Shown in pieces: positions 11,691 through 22,521 of a DNA stretch of 64,000 nucleotides; the first letter of the stretch is position 1; each line of letters begins with the position of its first letter. Origin of the DNA: Candidatus Latescibacterota bacterium (GTDB lineage Bacteria > Latescibacterota > CBDEFO01); NCBI GenBank assembly GCA_965237525.1, contig CBDEFO010000008.1, positions 192,001-256,000 of the forward strand. Reading direction: 5' to 3'. The notes under the pieces were generated by a model. It saw nothing but the letters and a program-made list of their open reading frames with translations, had not been told where the DNA came from and searched no databases. The translations under genes and the position numbers were made by a program.

Positions 11691-14666
11691 ATGAAGAAGA
11701 TATTCCCGATATTCATGGTGCTGGGATTTGTGCTTTTTGCCGCTTCGATGAGTTCTGCTCACCTCGGCGCCGACCGTTTCGCTGTCCAGGTGCCCAATGG
11801 GACGGATATGGCGGGGATCTACCAGAACTTTGTAGCGGATGGTGACGACAGCGAGTGGGAGATGATTCCCCCTACGTTCTGGTGGACACACGAGGATGCG
11901 TTTCAGCTCTGGGAAGGGTCAGAGTTAATAGACGCCTCCGACCTAGCCTTGCGTGTTATTTTAGGATGGAATGAGGCTACCAACCATGTAATCTGGTTTG
12001 AGGATAGATATGACGATGTCTATGTCGGTTGGGTAGCTGACTTCATTCAGGAGACTGTTGAGCTTGGCATCGATGGGGACCACAGCGGAGGACGGTACAT
12101 GCAAATGAACCTGGACGACCTGGATTCGAACAGGTTCGACGCCGCTTTTGCACAGAATTGGCGCTATTTTGTGATCCGAGAGAATCCGGTCTGGCTGTGG
12201 GGAGCAGCTACGTGGGTAAACGTGGCTCCTTATTCCGACTTCGGCTGGAGCTTCGACGGCAACCTGGGTGACCCGGGCAACCTGATTGCTGAGATGGCCG
12301 TGACTCCGTTTGACGATCTGGATCCTGCAGGTATACAGACCAGTATAGTACACGACCTTACAGCGGGCGAAGTCATCGGAGTAGGCATTAACGTTCAGGA
12401 CGTCGACATGATTGGGAGCATCAACGATCCCAACCAACAAGGTGGCGTCCAACAGACTAACGGTGGCTACTATACCAGCGGAGGCGAGCAGGTCGGCAAA
12501 TTTGCGGATACCTTCCTTGACGTCACTCTACTTCCTTTTGATCCGTCAATATGGGTACGCGTGGACGGTCTTCCTCCAATGGGTACAATCTCAGTCAGTC
12601 TCCCGCACACATCTATCCCTATGGGCGGTACGCTTTCAGCCCCTATCCTTATGGAAGGGGATGTGACAGGGCGTGGAATCATATCAGTGCAGATGAATAT
12701 CAGCTACGATTCAAATGTAATAGAGGCAATAGATCTAATATCGCAAGGGACACTGAGCCAAGGTTGGACGATTGCTGACACAGTCGCGACTGGAATTGGA
12801 ACATCTATAGACACTGTAAAGGTTGCGATGGCGGCTCCGGGGCCCGACACACTATCAGGGTCTGGAGATCTTGTCCTTATCAATTTTGTAACATCAGATT
12901 TGGCAGCTATTGGAGATTCCACAGCGTTAGTCTTTGAAGATTTCTTCTTCAATGAGCGCGATCCTGTGGCAGCTACACGTAATGGATCTGTGCAAATTTT
13001 TGGGCCAACTGTAGCCGGTGTATCCGTTTCCAGAGCTCTCGTTCCAGTGGGCCATCCTGTCGTGATCTTCGCTGACGTTACCAATGCAGATTCCGTGGAA
13101 GTCAGGGTGTGGGATCCGAACGATATGACCTTTGCTCCTGTGCATTTGACGCTCTTCGATGACGGGGCACACAACGACGGGCTTGCCGGAGATAGACGCT
13201 GGGCAAGCGACCCCTGGCTTACTCCCGCTGATCACCCCCGGTTTTTCTATGTGGACATCTTGGCAAGGAGCAACCTGGGAGCAGAGAGCCGTATAGATAG
13301 CGTCGCCTCGTTCGAGACAGCAATCTTCGTGACCCTGGGAGCGGGTGAAGAAGTCGCAGGTCCCGGAGGACAGGCTTTAGTTCCTATCTTTGCTCGTAGT
13401 CTGAATGGCGCAGACGTGGTATCGGGCGAGGTAACGCTCCGCTTCGATCCAAATCTTGTGCAGTTTATACGAGCATTTCCGGGACCAGGACAGAGCTTTC
13501 CCAGTGGTTTTGTCTTTAACTCTGCTGAACCTGGAAGAGCCGTAATAGCCTTCGCCTCGATAGCTCCACTTTTTGATACTCCAGAAGGTATCCTGGCATT
13601 TGCGGTATTTCAGGTATCCCCCGGTGCATTGTTAGGCTCAAGGATAGATATATTTGTGCCAGAAGATCAATCAAATGTAAATGAAGGGCTTCCCCCTGTG
13701 ACTACGTTCGACGGCGGCATCACAGTAGAGCTTGTAGGCGATATCAGCAGAAACGGTCAGATTAAGTCGTTCGATGCTGCTTTAGCGCTGATGCATTCGG
13801 TCAGGTTCAGGGACATACTAGTCGAGTTTTTCGGCGGCGACGAAAGCTTATTCCTGGCGATCTCGGATGTGACGCGCAACGGGAGCGTGACAGCTATGGA
13901 CGCCGTCCGGATCCTACAATTTGTAGTTGAGTTGATCCCAGGACTACCGTTACTCGGATCCGATGGCCTTGCGAAGGTCACAGATGCCGAACCTCGCACA
14001 GTCAGCATGTCAGATGCCTTGGAAATATTCGAAGGGGGCTTAAAGGTGTCCCTTTCCATAGACGATATGTCAGGAGTTCTTGGAGCGGATATATCCATAA
14101 GCTACGACTCATCGAGGTTGAAGGCAGTGAGTGTGTCTCCCTCAGATATGCTGTCGTCCTTTATGTTCCAGAGCAACATTAAGGGAGACGAGGTTAAGAT
14201 AGCCTTTGCTTCTATTGATCCAGTGGAAAGCGGTGGAGAGATAGCCTACATCGAGTTTGAGATCATCCGCGGTGTGAGCGACTACTCTGAGGTTGAACTG
14301 TTAAGGATTAAGGACGTCCAGCTTAACGAGGGGCTAATTCTTGCCATAACCGGGGAGACAGAGCTGTCCTTAGAATCCTCTATTCCCGAGACTTACTCCC
14401 TCTCCCAGAACTATCCCAATCCCTTCAACCCTGAGACAGTGATCCATTACGACCTTCCCGTTCGAAGCCACGTTAATATATCTGTCTACAATATGATGGG
14501 ACAGAAGGTTGCAATATTGGTTGACAGAGAGGTGGACGCAGGTAGTCACTCTGTCGTATGGGATGGCAAAGATTACAATGGAGAAAGCCCCGCCAGCGGG
14601 ATCTATGTGGTTCGGATGGCGGCGGATGGGTTTGTGAACACGAGGAAACTTGTCTTGATGAAATAA
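11691..14666 (+). CDS. Secreted protein: DOMON/CBM9-like domain, three cohesins, choice-of-anchor X-like motif, dockerin, FlgD-Ig CTD
   Basis: Signal peptide; DGDDSEW, IDGDHSGG; LFDDGAHNDGLAGD; GDISRNGQIKSFDA / SDVTRNGSVTAMDA; QNYPNPFNPET. Confidence 0.85.
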   Translation: MKKIFPIFMVLGFVLFAASMSSAHLGADRFAVQVPNGTDMAGIYQNFVADGDDSEWEMIPPTFWWTHEDAFQLWEGSELIDASDLALRVILGWNEATNHVIWFEDRYDDVYVGWVADFIQETVELGIDGDHSGGRYMQMNLDDLDSNRFDAAFAQNWRYFVIRENPVWLWGAATWVNVAPYSDFGWSFDGNLGDPGNLIAEMAVTPFDDLDPAGIQTSIVHDLTAGEVIGVGINVQDVDMIGSINDPNQQGGVQQTNGGYYTSGGEQVGKFADTFLDVTLLPFDPSIWVRVDGLPPMGTISVSLPHTSIPMGGTLSAPILMEGDVTGRGIISVQMNISYDSNVIEAIDLISQGTLSQGWTIADTVATGIGTSIDTVKVAMAAPGPDTLSGSGDLVLINFVTSDLAAIGDSTALVFEDFFFNERDPVAATRNGSVQIFGPTVAGVSVSRALVPVGHPVVIFADVTNADSVEVRVWDPNDMTFAPVHLTLFDDGAHNDGLAGDRRWASDPWLTPADHPRFFYVDILARSNLGAESRIDSVASFETAIFVTLGAGEEVAGPGGQALVPIFARSLNGADVVSGEVTLRFDPNLVQFIRAFPGPGQSFPSGFVFNSAEPGRAVIAFASIAPLFDTPEGILAFAVFQVSPGALLGSRIDIFVPEDQSNVNEGLPPVTTFDGGITVELVGDISRNGQIKSFDAALALMHSVRFRDILVEFFGGDESLFLAISDVTRNGSVTAMDAVRILQFVVELIPGLPLLGSDGLAKVTDAEPRTVSMSDALEIFEGGLKVSLSIDDMSGVLGADISISYDSSRLKAVSVSPSDMLSSFMFQSNIKGDEVKIAFASIDPVESGGEIAYIEFEIIRGVSDYSEVELLRIKDVQLNEGLILAITGETELSLESSIPETYSLSQNYPNPFNPETVIHYDLPVRSHVNISVYNMMGQKVAILVDREVDAGSHSVVWDGKDYNGESPASGIYVVRMAADGFVNTRKLVLMK

Positions 14667-14805
14667 GCTTCTTTATTTATTTACAACCGTCTTTAGCCCG
14701 CAGATGAGGAGGTGACACAAATTCACCCAGGTTTGGGTACTACAACGCAGCAATATAGGTAATTGCGCATGCATTTCCGTTAATCACTCTCAATGAAAGG
14801 ATAGC
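14667..14805 (+). repeat. Second copy of the intergenic spacer 11549-11690
   Basis: Direct sequence comparison. Confidence 0.9.
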
Positions 14806-15161
14806 ATGATGAAGAAGATATTTTCGGTATTCATGGCTCTGGGATTTGTCGTTTTTGGCGTTTCGATGGGATCCGCTCACCTGAGGTTAGATCAGACCTT
14901 TGTCGCTCCCATGCTTCCCATTGATGGGACTCCGGGGATGCCACCTAATTTCCCTGTGAGGGTTGTACTAGACGGTGATGGGTCCGAGTGGGATATGCTT
15001 CCTCGACAGTACTATTTAACGCACGATGATCTGAAAGAGGTCATCAAAGGGGGGTTTCCTGAGCCGAACCCCTCCAGCCTCGCCGTGAAGGTAGTCTGGG
15101 GATGGAGCCCGGTGACCAACTTGCTCTATGTGATAGAGGAGAGATTTGACGACCGCTCTAA
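14806..15161 (+). pseudogene. 5' fragment of a paralog of 11691..14666, cut by IS1182 copy 2
   Basis: Similar signal peptide and LDGDGSEW...GW...ERFDD pattern; reads into the IS end. Confidence 0.85.
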
Positions 15162-16680
15162 AAGCCTTGTGAAAAACCCTTAGATTCAGAAAGTAGTATA
15201 AAACAAGCATTGATAAAGCAGCTCCGATGTATTATATTATGTTATTGATAATATTATACATGGAGGAAACAATGACCCCACAAAAGCAGGAACAGACAAA
15301 TCCGATGTTTCATTATTTTCAGATGGAGGATTTAGTTCCCGAGGATCATATCCTTCGTCAGATTGATGAGGCAGTTGATTTTTCATTTGTACGAGACGTT
15401 GTATCAGATTGTTATTGCCCTGACAATGGCAGACCCGGTATTGATCCTGAATTAGTTGTTCGAATGATCCTTATTGGCTATCTGTATAATTTGAGTGAGA
15501 ATCGGCTCTGTCAGGAAGTGGGGATGCATGCGGCATATCGGTTGTTTTGTCATCAGACATTTGATGATGCGGTTCCGGATAGGAGCACGATCAACAAGCT
15601 TCGCAATCACAAGTGGGCATCCAGTGGGTTGTTTGAACGGATAATGCGTCAGGTAGTCCAGTGTTGCATAGATGTCGGTCTTGTGAGCGGTAAACACCTT
15701 AGTGTCGACGGCACTCAGATACAAGCTGATGCTTCAGTGAAAAGTATTGAGCCGATAGAACCCCCTTTTTCTCTTGATGATTATCTCAAGGGAATCGGTT
15801 TTGAAGGTGATAAGACAAAGGGTAGGTCCGGGCATCCTCAGGATAAAGACTTTCATGGTGAAAAGTGGACGAACCAAACACACCGTTCGACTACAGACCC
15901 CGACGCGCGCTTATACAGCAAATCGAAGGGCAAAGGGGCTTTTCTCTCGTTTATGGGCCATGATCTGATCGACACAAAAAGCAGAGTAATCCTTGAGACT
16001 CAGGGCACGCAGGCGACAGGGACAGCAGAGCCCGAAAGTGCCCTTAAGATGGTAGATGACCTTGAAACATACACCATGCCCAAAGACATTCAGACACTTA
16101 GTGCCGATACCGGTTACGGTTCTGGTAATTTTATCGCTGATGTACTTGACCGGGGAATCATACCCCATATTCCTCTGCGAGCCGATGAGAAGATTGAACC
16201 GATTCCTACATGGAAAAACAAGACAAATCCAGCACATATTCAGGCCGAACGGGATAGAAAAGTGCGAGAGGCGAAAGCCAGAAATCATGCACGGTCTATC
16301 TCATTAACAGCTGACTACAAACTCTCCCGGAGACTCCGTAAACGCAGTGAACATATCTTTGCTGAAGCCAGGCAACAACACGGTATGGGACGAGCCCGTT
16401 ACAGAGGACCAGCCTCACTGAATGAACAGTTGAATCTTGTTGCAACAGTACAGAATCTCAAGAGGCTTGTATCTTTCATAAGAAGGGGGAAAGCGTCTAT
16501 GTGTGCCCTGTCTGTCAAAGACAGTGCATCCTGTTCTTCAAACAGCTCCTATTCCTTGCTGACCAGAACTCTGATAAGACTATTTTGCTTATTCCACAGC
16601 AAAACGATACGATATGCTACTCTTTGACCCATAATCGGCGCTTCAGACGCTGCCTGGGACATAACTATTTCACAAGGCTT
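15162..16680 (+). mobile_element. IS1182-family element copy 2 (1519 bp)
   Basis: IR AAGCCTTGTGAAA; flanks CTAA (left) and TTAA (right) differ. Confidence 0.92.
15272..16627 (+). CDS. IS1182-family DDE transposase (intact)
   Basis: EDLVPEDH, GRPGIDP, VDGT, ADTGY, RKRSEHIFAEA motifs; RBS GGAGG before MTPQK. Confidence 0.92.
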   Translation: MTPQKQEQTNPMFHYFQMEDLVPEDHILRQIDEAVDFSFVRDVVSDCYCPDNGRPGIDPELVVRMILIGYLYNLSENRLCQEVGMHAAYRLFCHQTFDDAVPDRSTINKLRNHKWASSGLFERIMRQVVQCCIDVGLVSGKHLSVDGTQIQADASVKSIEPIEPPFSLDDYLKGIGFEGDKTKGRSGHPQDKDFHGEKWTNQTHRSTTDPDARLYSKSKGKGAFLSFMGHDLIDTKSRVILETQGTQATGTAEPESALKMVDDLETYTMPKDIQTLSADTGYGSGNFIADVLDRGIIPHIPLRADEKIEPIPTWKNKTNPAHIQAERDRKVREAKARNHARSISLTADYKLSRRLRKRSEHIFAEARQQHGMGRARYRGPASLNEQLNLVATVQNLKRLVSFIRRGKASMCALSVKDSASCSSNSSYSLLTRTLIRLFCLFHSKTIRYATL

Positions 16681-19238
16681 TTAAAGTGGATCCGGATACC
16701 GGAACTGTAATACCCCTCTTAAGGGATCCCTCCATTACCTTTCCGTACGGGGTTGCCATCGATCACTTGGGAGATGTCTTCATCTCGAATCTGGCTCACT
16801 TTAATCCAGTGACAGGGGAGTTCGAAGGGGGAAAGCTGATCAGGCTGGACCCTGCCACAGGAGAATTTACCACCGTAGTTAAAGCTGAACTGGATTCTCT
16901 GGACTCCTTCTTCTCTTTAGGCGCTATAGGCCTTGATGCAAGTGGTGCTGTAATCGCCATAGACCCTGGTTCTTTAGCATTCGGTCTCCAGCCAAAGATA
17001 CTCAGGATCGATCCAGCTACAGGTGAGGTTCGGATTTTAGCGTCTGGTCCACCCTTCCGCACTCCTGTAAATCTTGCGGTGGCAGAGGACGGTTCCATCC
17101 TCATTGCCGATTCCAACGCTGACCCTAAAGGGCTTGGAATCACCACAGGAGCGATCTTTAAACTGGATCCGGAGACTGGAAGTCTGACCACCTTAGCTAC
17201 TGGCGGTTTGGTTACAGGCCCGTTCGGATTGGCTCTGGGCAAATCTGGGGAGGTCGTGTGGACCAATATCTCTAAGAGGGTCCGTATATTGGACGTTAAG
17301 GTCTCAGGAAACTTAGCCGTGATATCCAATGAGGTCCCTCCATTTCCAGACTTTTTGGATGCTGACCTGGGAGGGATCCAGATCCTGGACGTCTCCGATC
17401 CGTCAAACCCCGTGGAACTCGTCAAGTATACAAACAAGCTTACATTCGGCGTCCACAATTCCTTTATAGACGGGAGTCTTGTCTATCTGGTCAGCGATTT
17501 TGACGGCCTCCGGATAGTAGATATATCTGATCCGTGGCAGCCCTTCGAGATAGCACACTGGGAATTGCCCATATCAGAACACCCTGAGCGAGGTTTTAGG
17601 TTCAACCATCTCCACGATGTCTCTGTCTCAGGAAACAGAGCCTATTTAGCCTATTTGGAGGCCGGACTCAGGATCCTGGATGTCGCAGATCCCGAAAACC
17701 CAAGGGAGATCAGCGCTTACACCTATCCCGACGCCTCTACGCACAGTGCGGAACCCTCCGCAAATGGGGATTTCGTTTATATAACCGATGAGCAGCCCGG
17801 CGGCTTTATGCGGGTTATAGACATAAGGGACCTTTCCAGTCCCAGAGAAGTCGGCAGTTATAAAAGCTCCAGTCGTATCGTTGTTGGGAATCGAGAGGTC
17901 TCGATCCACAATATCCTTGTGGAAGGCGACCTTGTATACATAGGGTACTATCAGGACGGCTTCAGGGTTGTTGATGTCTCTGATCCGACGGACCCTGTAG
18001 AGGTCGGCTTTTACATCCGAAGCCAGAGCTACTCCCGGGGGTTATTAAACGGGGTCTTTACTTCCTTCCCCTCAAAGGGTCTGGCCTTCGTAAGCGATAC
18101 AGATCATGGACTTTTTATCCTCAGGTTCAGAAGGCCGTCTTACCTTGTCCGCAGCCGTGATGTTTCGGTGACCCCTCCTAAGGTGCACTCGGGTATTGAA
18201 ACTGATATGACCATCACTGCAAAGATCTCCCCTTCAGGGGACGGTGGAGGTCCGGTCAAAGTCACTGTGGATTTAAGCCCGATAGGCAGTGAGGTTGAAA
18301 TCCCTATGGCAGATGACGGAACTGGAGGCGATGAATTCTTTGGCGACGGGATATTCACTGCTTCGGTTAGCTTGGTGCCCATGGTCCTTACGAGAGAGAA
18401 CACCCTAACAATTACCGTCGAGGACACCGCTTCAGGCAGGGTCTTTGCCAGGAGCAAGGTCGAGCTCATTCCCTCAGATGATCTATGGATTTACAGGGAT
18501 GGGATCGAACCTGGATGGAAGGTTGAGCTCGTCGGACCCACCAGAGTTGAATCTGATCTGAAGTCCTCAAAATTCGTCTATAGTGGCAGCGCCTCTCACG
18601 CCATCTCGTCGTTACGCGGAGTAATCAGATATGTGTTGGACGATCCCAGAGGGATTGATCCCTTCTTCCTCTACACCCACCTGGAGTTCTACATCAACGG
18701 GGGAGATGCTTCGCGGCAGAATCCTATTACTGCGGGCAAGCAGTTGAGCAGCTTGGGGATTGTGCCGCAGCCGGACACCTGGCAGTTGGTGTCTATCCCG
18801 ATCTCAGAGGTCCCTGTTAACCAGGAAGGACGCATCGTGTCGATCCGAATCTATGGGGCGATGAAGGAGGCATTCTACCTCGACAATATAAGATTGGTGA
18901 CTCAGGAGATTGAAGAGATCAGCACGGCTGTGGACGAGTCAGAAGAGATGGCTATACCTTCAGGATACTCCCTTTCCCAAAACTATCCCAATCCGTTCAA
19001 CCCCCAGACAGTGATCCGTTATGACCTTCCACTCCAAAGCCATATTAACATGTCTGTCTATAACATAATGGGACAGAAGGTTGCGATATTGGCGGATAGA
19101 GAGATAGAAGCAGGCAGTTACTCTATAGTCTGGGATGGCAAAGATGACAATCAAAAGAGCCTTTCCAGCGGAGTCTATTTCTATCGAATGGTGACAGATG
19201 AATTCGTTCAGACGAGGAAGCTGTTATTGTTGCGGTGA
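16681..19238 (+). pseudogene. 5'-truncated secreted protein: NHL-like repeats, LVIVD repeats, choice-of-anchor X-like motif, jelly-roll domain, FlgD-Ig CTD
   Basis: Starts mid-repeat at the IS end with no signal peptide; repeated GLRILDVxDP; QNYPNPFNPQT. Confidence 0.8.
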
Positions 19239-19274
19239 ACCTCTCGTAGACCTGTAATGAAAGAGGTTTGAACC

Positions 19275-19406
19275 ATGTTCAAGATATACTTTTGCATAGC
19301 GTTCTGGCTGTTAGTCGCCTTGAATGCGCCTGCCTATGCACAAGCCCTTTTCGGACCCAAGACTGACTATGCCATCATCCGAAAACTATGGACGTGTACA
19401 CTATGA
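19275..19406 (+). pseudogene. Remnant 5' end of a secreted protein
   Basis: RBS GAGG; signal peptide MFKIYF...AYA then QALFGPKTDYA; stop after 43 aa. Confidence 0.55.
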
Positions 19407-19422
19407 AAAAGGATCACTTTAA

Positions 19423-20941
19423 AAGCCTTGTTAAAAACCCTTAGATTCAGAAAGTAGTATAGAACAAGCATTGATAAAGCAGCTCTGATGTATTATATTA
19501 TGTTATTGATAATATTATACATGGAGGAAACAATGACCCCACAAAAGCAGGAACAGACAAATCCGATGTTTCACTATTTTCAGATGGAGGATTTAGTTCC
19601 CGAGGATCATATCCTTCGTCAGATTGATGAGGCAGTTGATTTTTCATTTATACGAGACGTTGTATCAGATTGTTATTGCCCTGACAATGGCAGACCCGGT
19701 ATTGATCCTGAATTAGTTGTTCGAATGATCCTTATTGGCTATCTGTATAATTTGAGTGAGAATCGGCTCTGTCAGGAAGTGGGGATGCATGCGGCATATC
19801 GGTTGTTTTGTCATCAGACATTTGATGATGCGGTTCCGGATAGGAGCACGATCAACAAGCTTCGCAATCACAAGTGGGCATCCAGTGGGTTGTTTGAACG
19901 GATAATGCGTCAGGTAGTCCAGTGTTGCATAGATGTCGGTCTTGTGAGCGGTAAACACCTTAGTGTCGACGGCACTCAGATACAAGCTGATGCTTCAGTG
20001 AAAAGTATTGAGCCGATAGAACCCCCTGTTTCTCTTGATGATTATCTCAAGGGAATCGGTTTTGAAGGTGATAAGACAAAGGGTAGGTCCGGGCATCCTC
20101 AGGATAAAGACTTTCATGGTGAAAAGTGGACGAACCAAACACACCGTTCGACTACAGACCCCGACGCGCGCTTATACAGCAAATCGAAGGGCAAAGGGGC
20201 TTTTCTCTCGTTTATGGGCCATGATCTGATCGACACAAAAAGCAGAGTAATCCTTGAGACTCAGGGCACGCAGGCGACAGGGACAGCAGAGCCCGAAAGT
20301 GCCCTTAAGATGGTAGATGACCTTGAAACATACACCATGCCCAAAGACATTCAGACACTTAGTGCCGATACCGGTTACGGTTCTGGTAATTTTATCGCTG
20401 ATGTACTTGACCGGGGAATCATACCCCATATTCCTCTGCGAGCCGATGAGAAGATTGAACCGATTCCTACATGGAAAAACAAGACAAATCCAGCACATAT
20501 TCAGGCCGAACGGGATAGAAAAGTGCGAGAGGCGAAAGCCAGAAATCATGCACGGTCTATCTCATTAACAGCTGACTACAAACTCTCCCGGAGACTCCGT
20601 AAACGCAGTGAACATATCTTTGCTGAAGCCAGGCAACAACACGGTATGGGACGAGCCCGTTACAGAGGACCAGCCTCACTGAATGAACAGTTGAATCTTG
20701 TTGCAACAGTACAGAATCTCAAGAGGCTTGTATCTTTCATAAGAAGGGGGAAAGCGTCTATGTGTGCCCTGTCTGTCAAAGACAGTGCATCCTGTTCTTC
20801 AAACAGCTCCTATTCCTTGCTGACCAGAACTCTGATAAGACTATTTTGCTTATTCCACAGCAAAACGATACGATATGCTACTCTTTGACCCATAATCGGC
20901 GCTTCAGACGCTGCCTGGAACATAACTATTTCACAAGGCTT
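19423..20941 (+). mobile_element. IS1182-family element copy 3 (1519 bp)
   Basis: IRs (left has one G>T change); TTAA on both sides. Confidence 0.92.
19533..20888 (+). CDS. IS1182-family DDE transposase (intact)
   Basis: Near-identical to 15272..16627. Confidence 0.92.
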   Translation: MTPQKQEQTNPMFHYFQMEDLVPEDHILRQIDEAVDFSFIRDVVSDCYCPDNGRPGIDPELVVRMILIGYLYNLSENRLCQEVGMHAAYRLFCHQTFDDAVPDRSTINKLRNHKWASSGLFERIMRQVVQCCIDVGLVSGKHLSVDGTQIQADASVKSIEPIEPPVSLDDYLKGIGFEGDKTKGRSGHPQDKDFHGEKWTNQTHRSTTDPDARLYSKSKGKGAFLSFMGHDLIDTKSRVILETQGTQATGTAEPESALKMVDDLETYTMPKDIQTLSADTGYGSGNFIADVLDRGIIPHIPLRADEKIEPIPTWKNKTNPAHIQAERDRKVREAKARNHARSISLTADYKLSRRLRKRSEHIFAEARQQHGMGRARYRGPASLNEQLNLVATVQNLKRLVSFIRRGKASMCALSVKDSASCSSNSSYSLLTRTLIRLFCLFHSKTIRYATL

Positions 20942-21687
20942 TTAAAATGGAGCGTTATCTGGACCGGCTCATCAAATCCGCTTTCTCCCACATCTTCACC
21001 TGTCGAGTCATCCGTGGCTGTGAACTCATACACAACAGCTATTCTCCCCCTGCCTTTGGCATTTGCAGGAAGATTCTGCTCCCCTCTTTTCTCCACTAAC
21101 GCGATAAATGCCCTTGAGCGGGCATTAGCCGGGAAGTTGACAAGGGTTAAGGTGTCGTTTTTAGAGAAAGCCCTGGCTCCTCTCCCCACTCTGAACTTGG
21201 TCGGTCCTCCCATAACAACGACCTCTGTTGAGTCTCGGTTGGCTCCCTCATCCATCACTGTAACGATGGTAGAACCTCCTGTCTTGGCTGTAAATACGCC
21301 AGTTGAATCGATCGTGCCTATATCTGGATCTTCACTCACCCAGGTCAACGTGCCCGTACCGCCGGTCGCCCTAATCTTTTTGCTCTTCCCCACTCCTACT
21401 CTTATCTTGGACTGTCTAATAGTAATAGTTCCAGACTTTCCACCGCCTCTGCCTTTACCACCACCGCCTACAGTATCTTCCTCAGCAACTCCTAAAGTGT
21501 CTCCATCAGCAACTTCAACTTCTACTGTATCTCCATCAGCAACTCCCACAGTATCTGCATCAGCACTGCCTCCTCCACCACCTCCACCTCCTTTCCCTCC
21601 TTTGTCTCCGCTTTTACCTTGAGCTTCCAAGATGGATACACTGGCAAAGAACATCAGTACAACGACAAATAGGGATAGATAGCGCAT
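20942..21687 (-). pseudogene. Secreted Gly-rich/Ig-like (Big_2-like) protein, 3'-truncated by IS1182 copy 3
   Basis: RBS AGGAGG, signal peptide, Gly linkers, WVSEDPDIGTIDSTGVFTA; reads into the IS end. Confidence 0.75.
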
Positions 21688-21848
21688 CGGTGTTACCTCC
21701 TATCTAAACAACCTCGCAAAAAGTCTAAGTCGGGGTACGAAGCGGGCGATATTTACCTCACAGCTATTTAAGATATACAATGACCTAAAGGATTTCTGTG
21801 ATCTGGATCACGAAGAGAGCAATATTTTTAGGAGAAGAGGACATGGTC

Positions 21849-22403
21849 TCAACTGTTCTCCATCTCCCCCGATCTGAGTCTGTCCAGTAGCCCCAATCTA
21901 ACTTTCGTGAAGAAGTCCAGAGCTATGTCCGTCAGATAGTCGGGATACGTCCACTCAAACCGCTGGAATTTTCCGTGTACGTAACTCAAGGTCACTTCGG
22001 CAAATATACCGTCGGCTATGTACAGCCGATGCGAAAAATCCTTGGTCGAGGCCAGGACAAGTTTCGAAAGGCAGACGTATCCGGGGTCTATATTGACCCT
22101 CCTCTTTATGCCATCATCAGTTTTGATCCCGATTTCATCTTCTATCTTGTTCGTAGCTGTCTTAATTCTGGGCAGGTCGCTCATATCTATAAGATCTTTG
22201 AAGCACACGAAGCACTTAGTCAATCCGCTACCCATCTCCTTGTCGTAATACGAAGTGTGAGTACACGGAAATACAGGACTTTCCATCCACAGCGGGCTGA
22301 ACATCTCTGTGAGCCGCTCTTTTGCCACTTCCATCACCGACACATCACAAGCCATAATAGCGGCAATAAGCACTGCTGGATCAGGCTTTCCGATCTTTCC
22401 CAC
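21849..22403 (-). CDS. DUF4416 family protein
   Basis: TSYYDKEMG, RRVNIDPGY, LASTKDFSHRLY, WTYPDY. Confidence 0.85.
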   Translation of the reverse strand: MGKIGKPDPAVLIAAIMACDVSVMEVAKERLTEMFSPLWMESPVFPCTHTSYYDKEMGSGLTKCFVCFKDLIDMSDLPRIKTATNKIEDEIGIKTDDGIKRRVNIDPGYVCLSKLVLASTKDFSHRLYIADGIFAEVTLSYVHGKFQRFEWTYPDYLTDIALDFFTKVRLGLLDRLRSGEMENS

Positions 22404-22521
22404 TTTACCGTCCCGGTTTTTTACTTGATTTTGGCTCCAAGATCGAGTATAATAAACTTCGATAAAATGTCAACTATGCAATGATACGCTATTCCTTTAA
22501 ATTACGCAAGGAGGAACACCT

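Noticed and set aside
4628..14666. Canonical cellulosome
   Set aside because: No catalytic CAZyme domain or CBM3-type scaffoldin was recognised in the window.
2558..18469. Long antisense ORFs (e.g. 2558..3310, 4903..5652, 16796..17458)
   Set aside because: Shadow frames of real genes with no recognisable motifs.
16681..19422. Joining copy 3's left flank to copy 2's right flank gives a near-palindrome and an open frame (MKKDHFKVDPDT)
   Set aside because: The outer flanks (CTAA/TTAA) do not match and the product lacks a signal peptide; treated as probable coincidence.
20762..21622. Pro-rich 286-aa ORF and other MCPVCQRQC ORFs
   Set aside because: They start inside the IS end and read out; this one is antisense to the Gly-rich gene.
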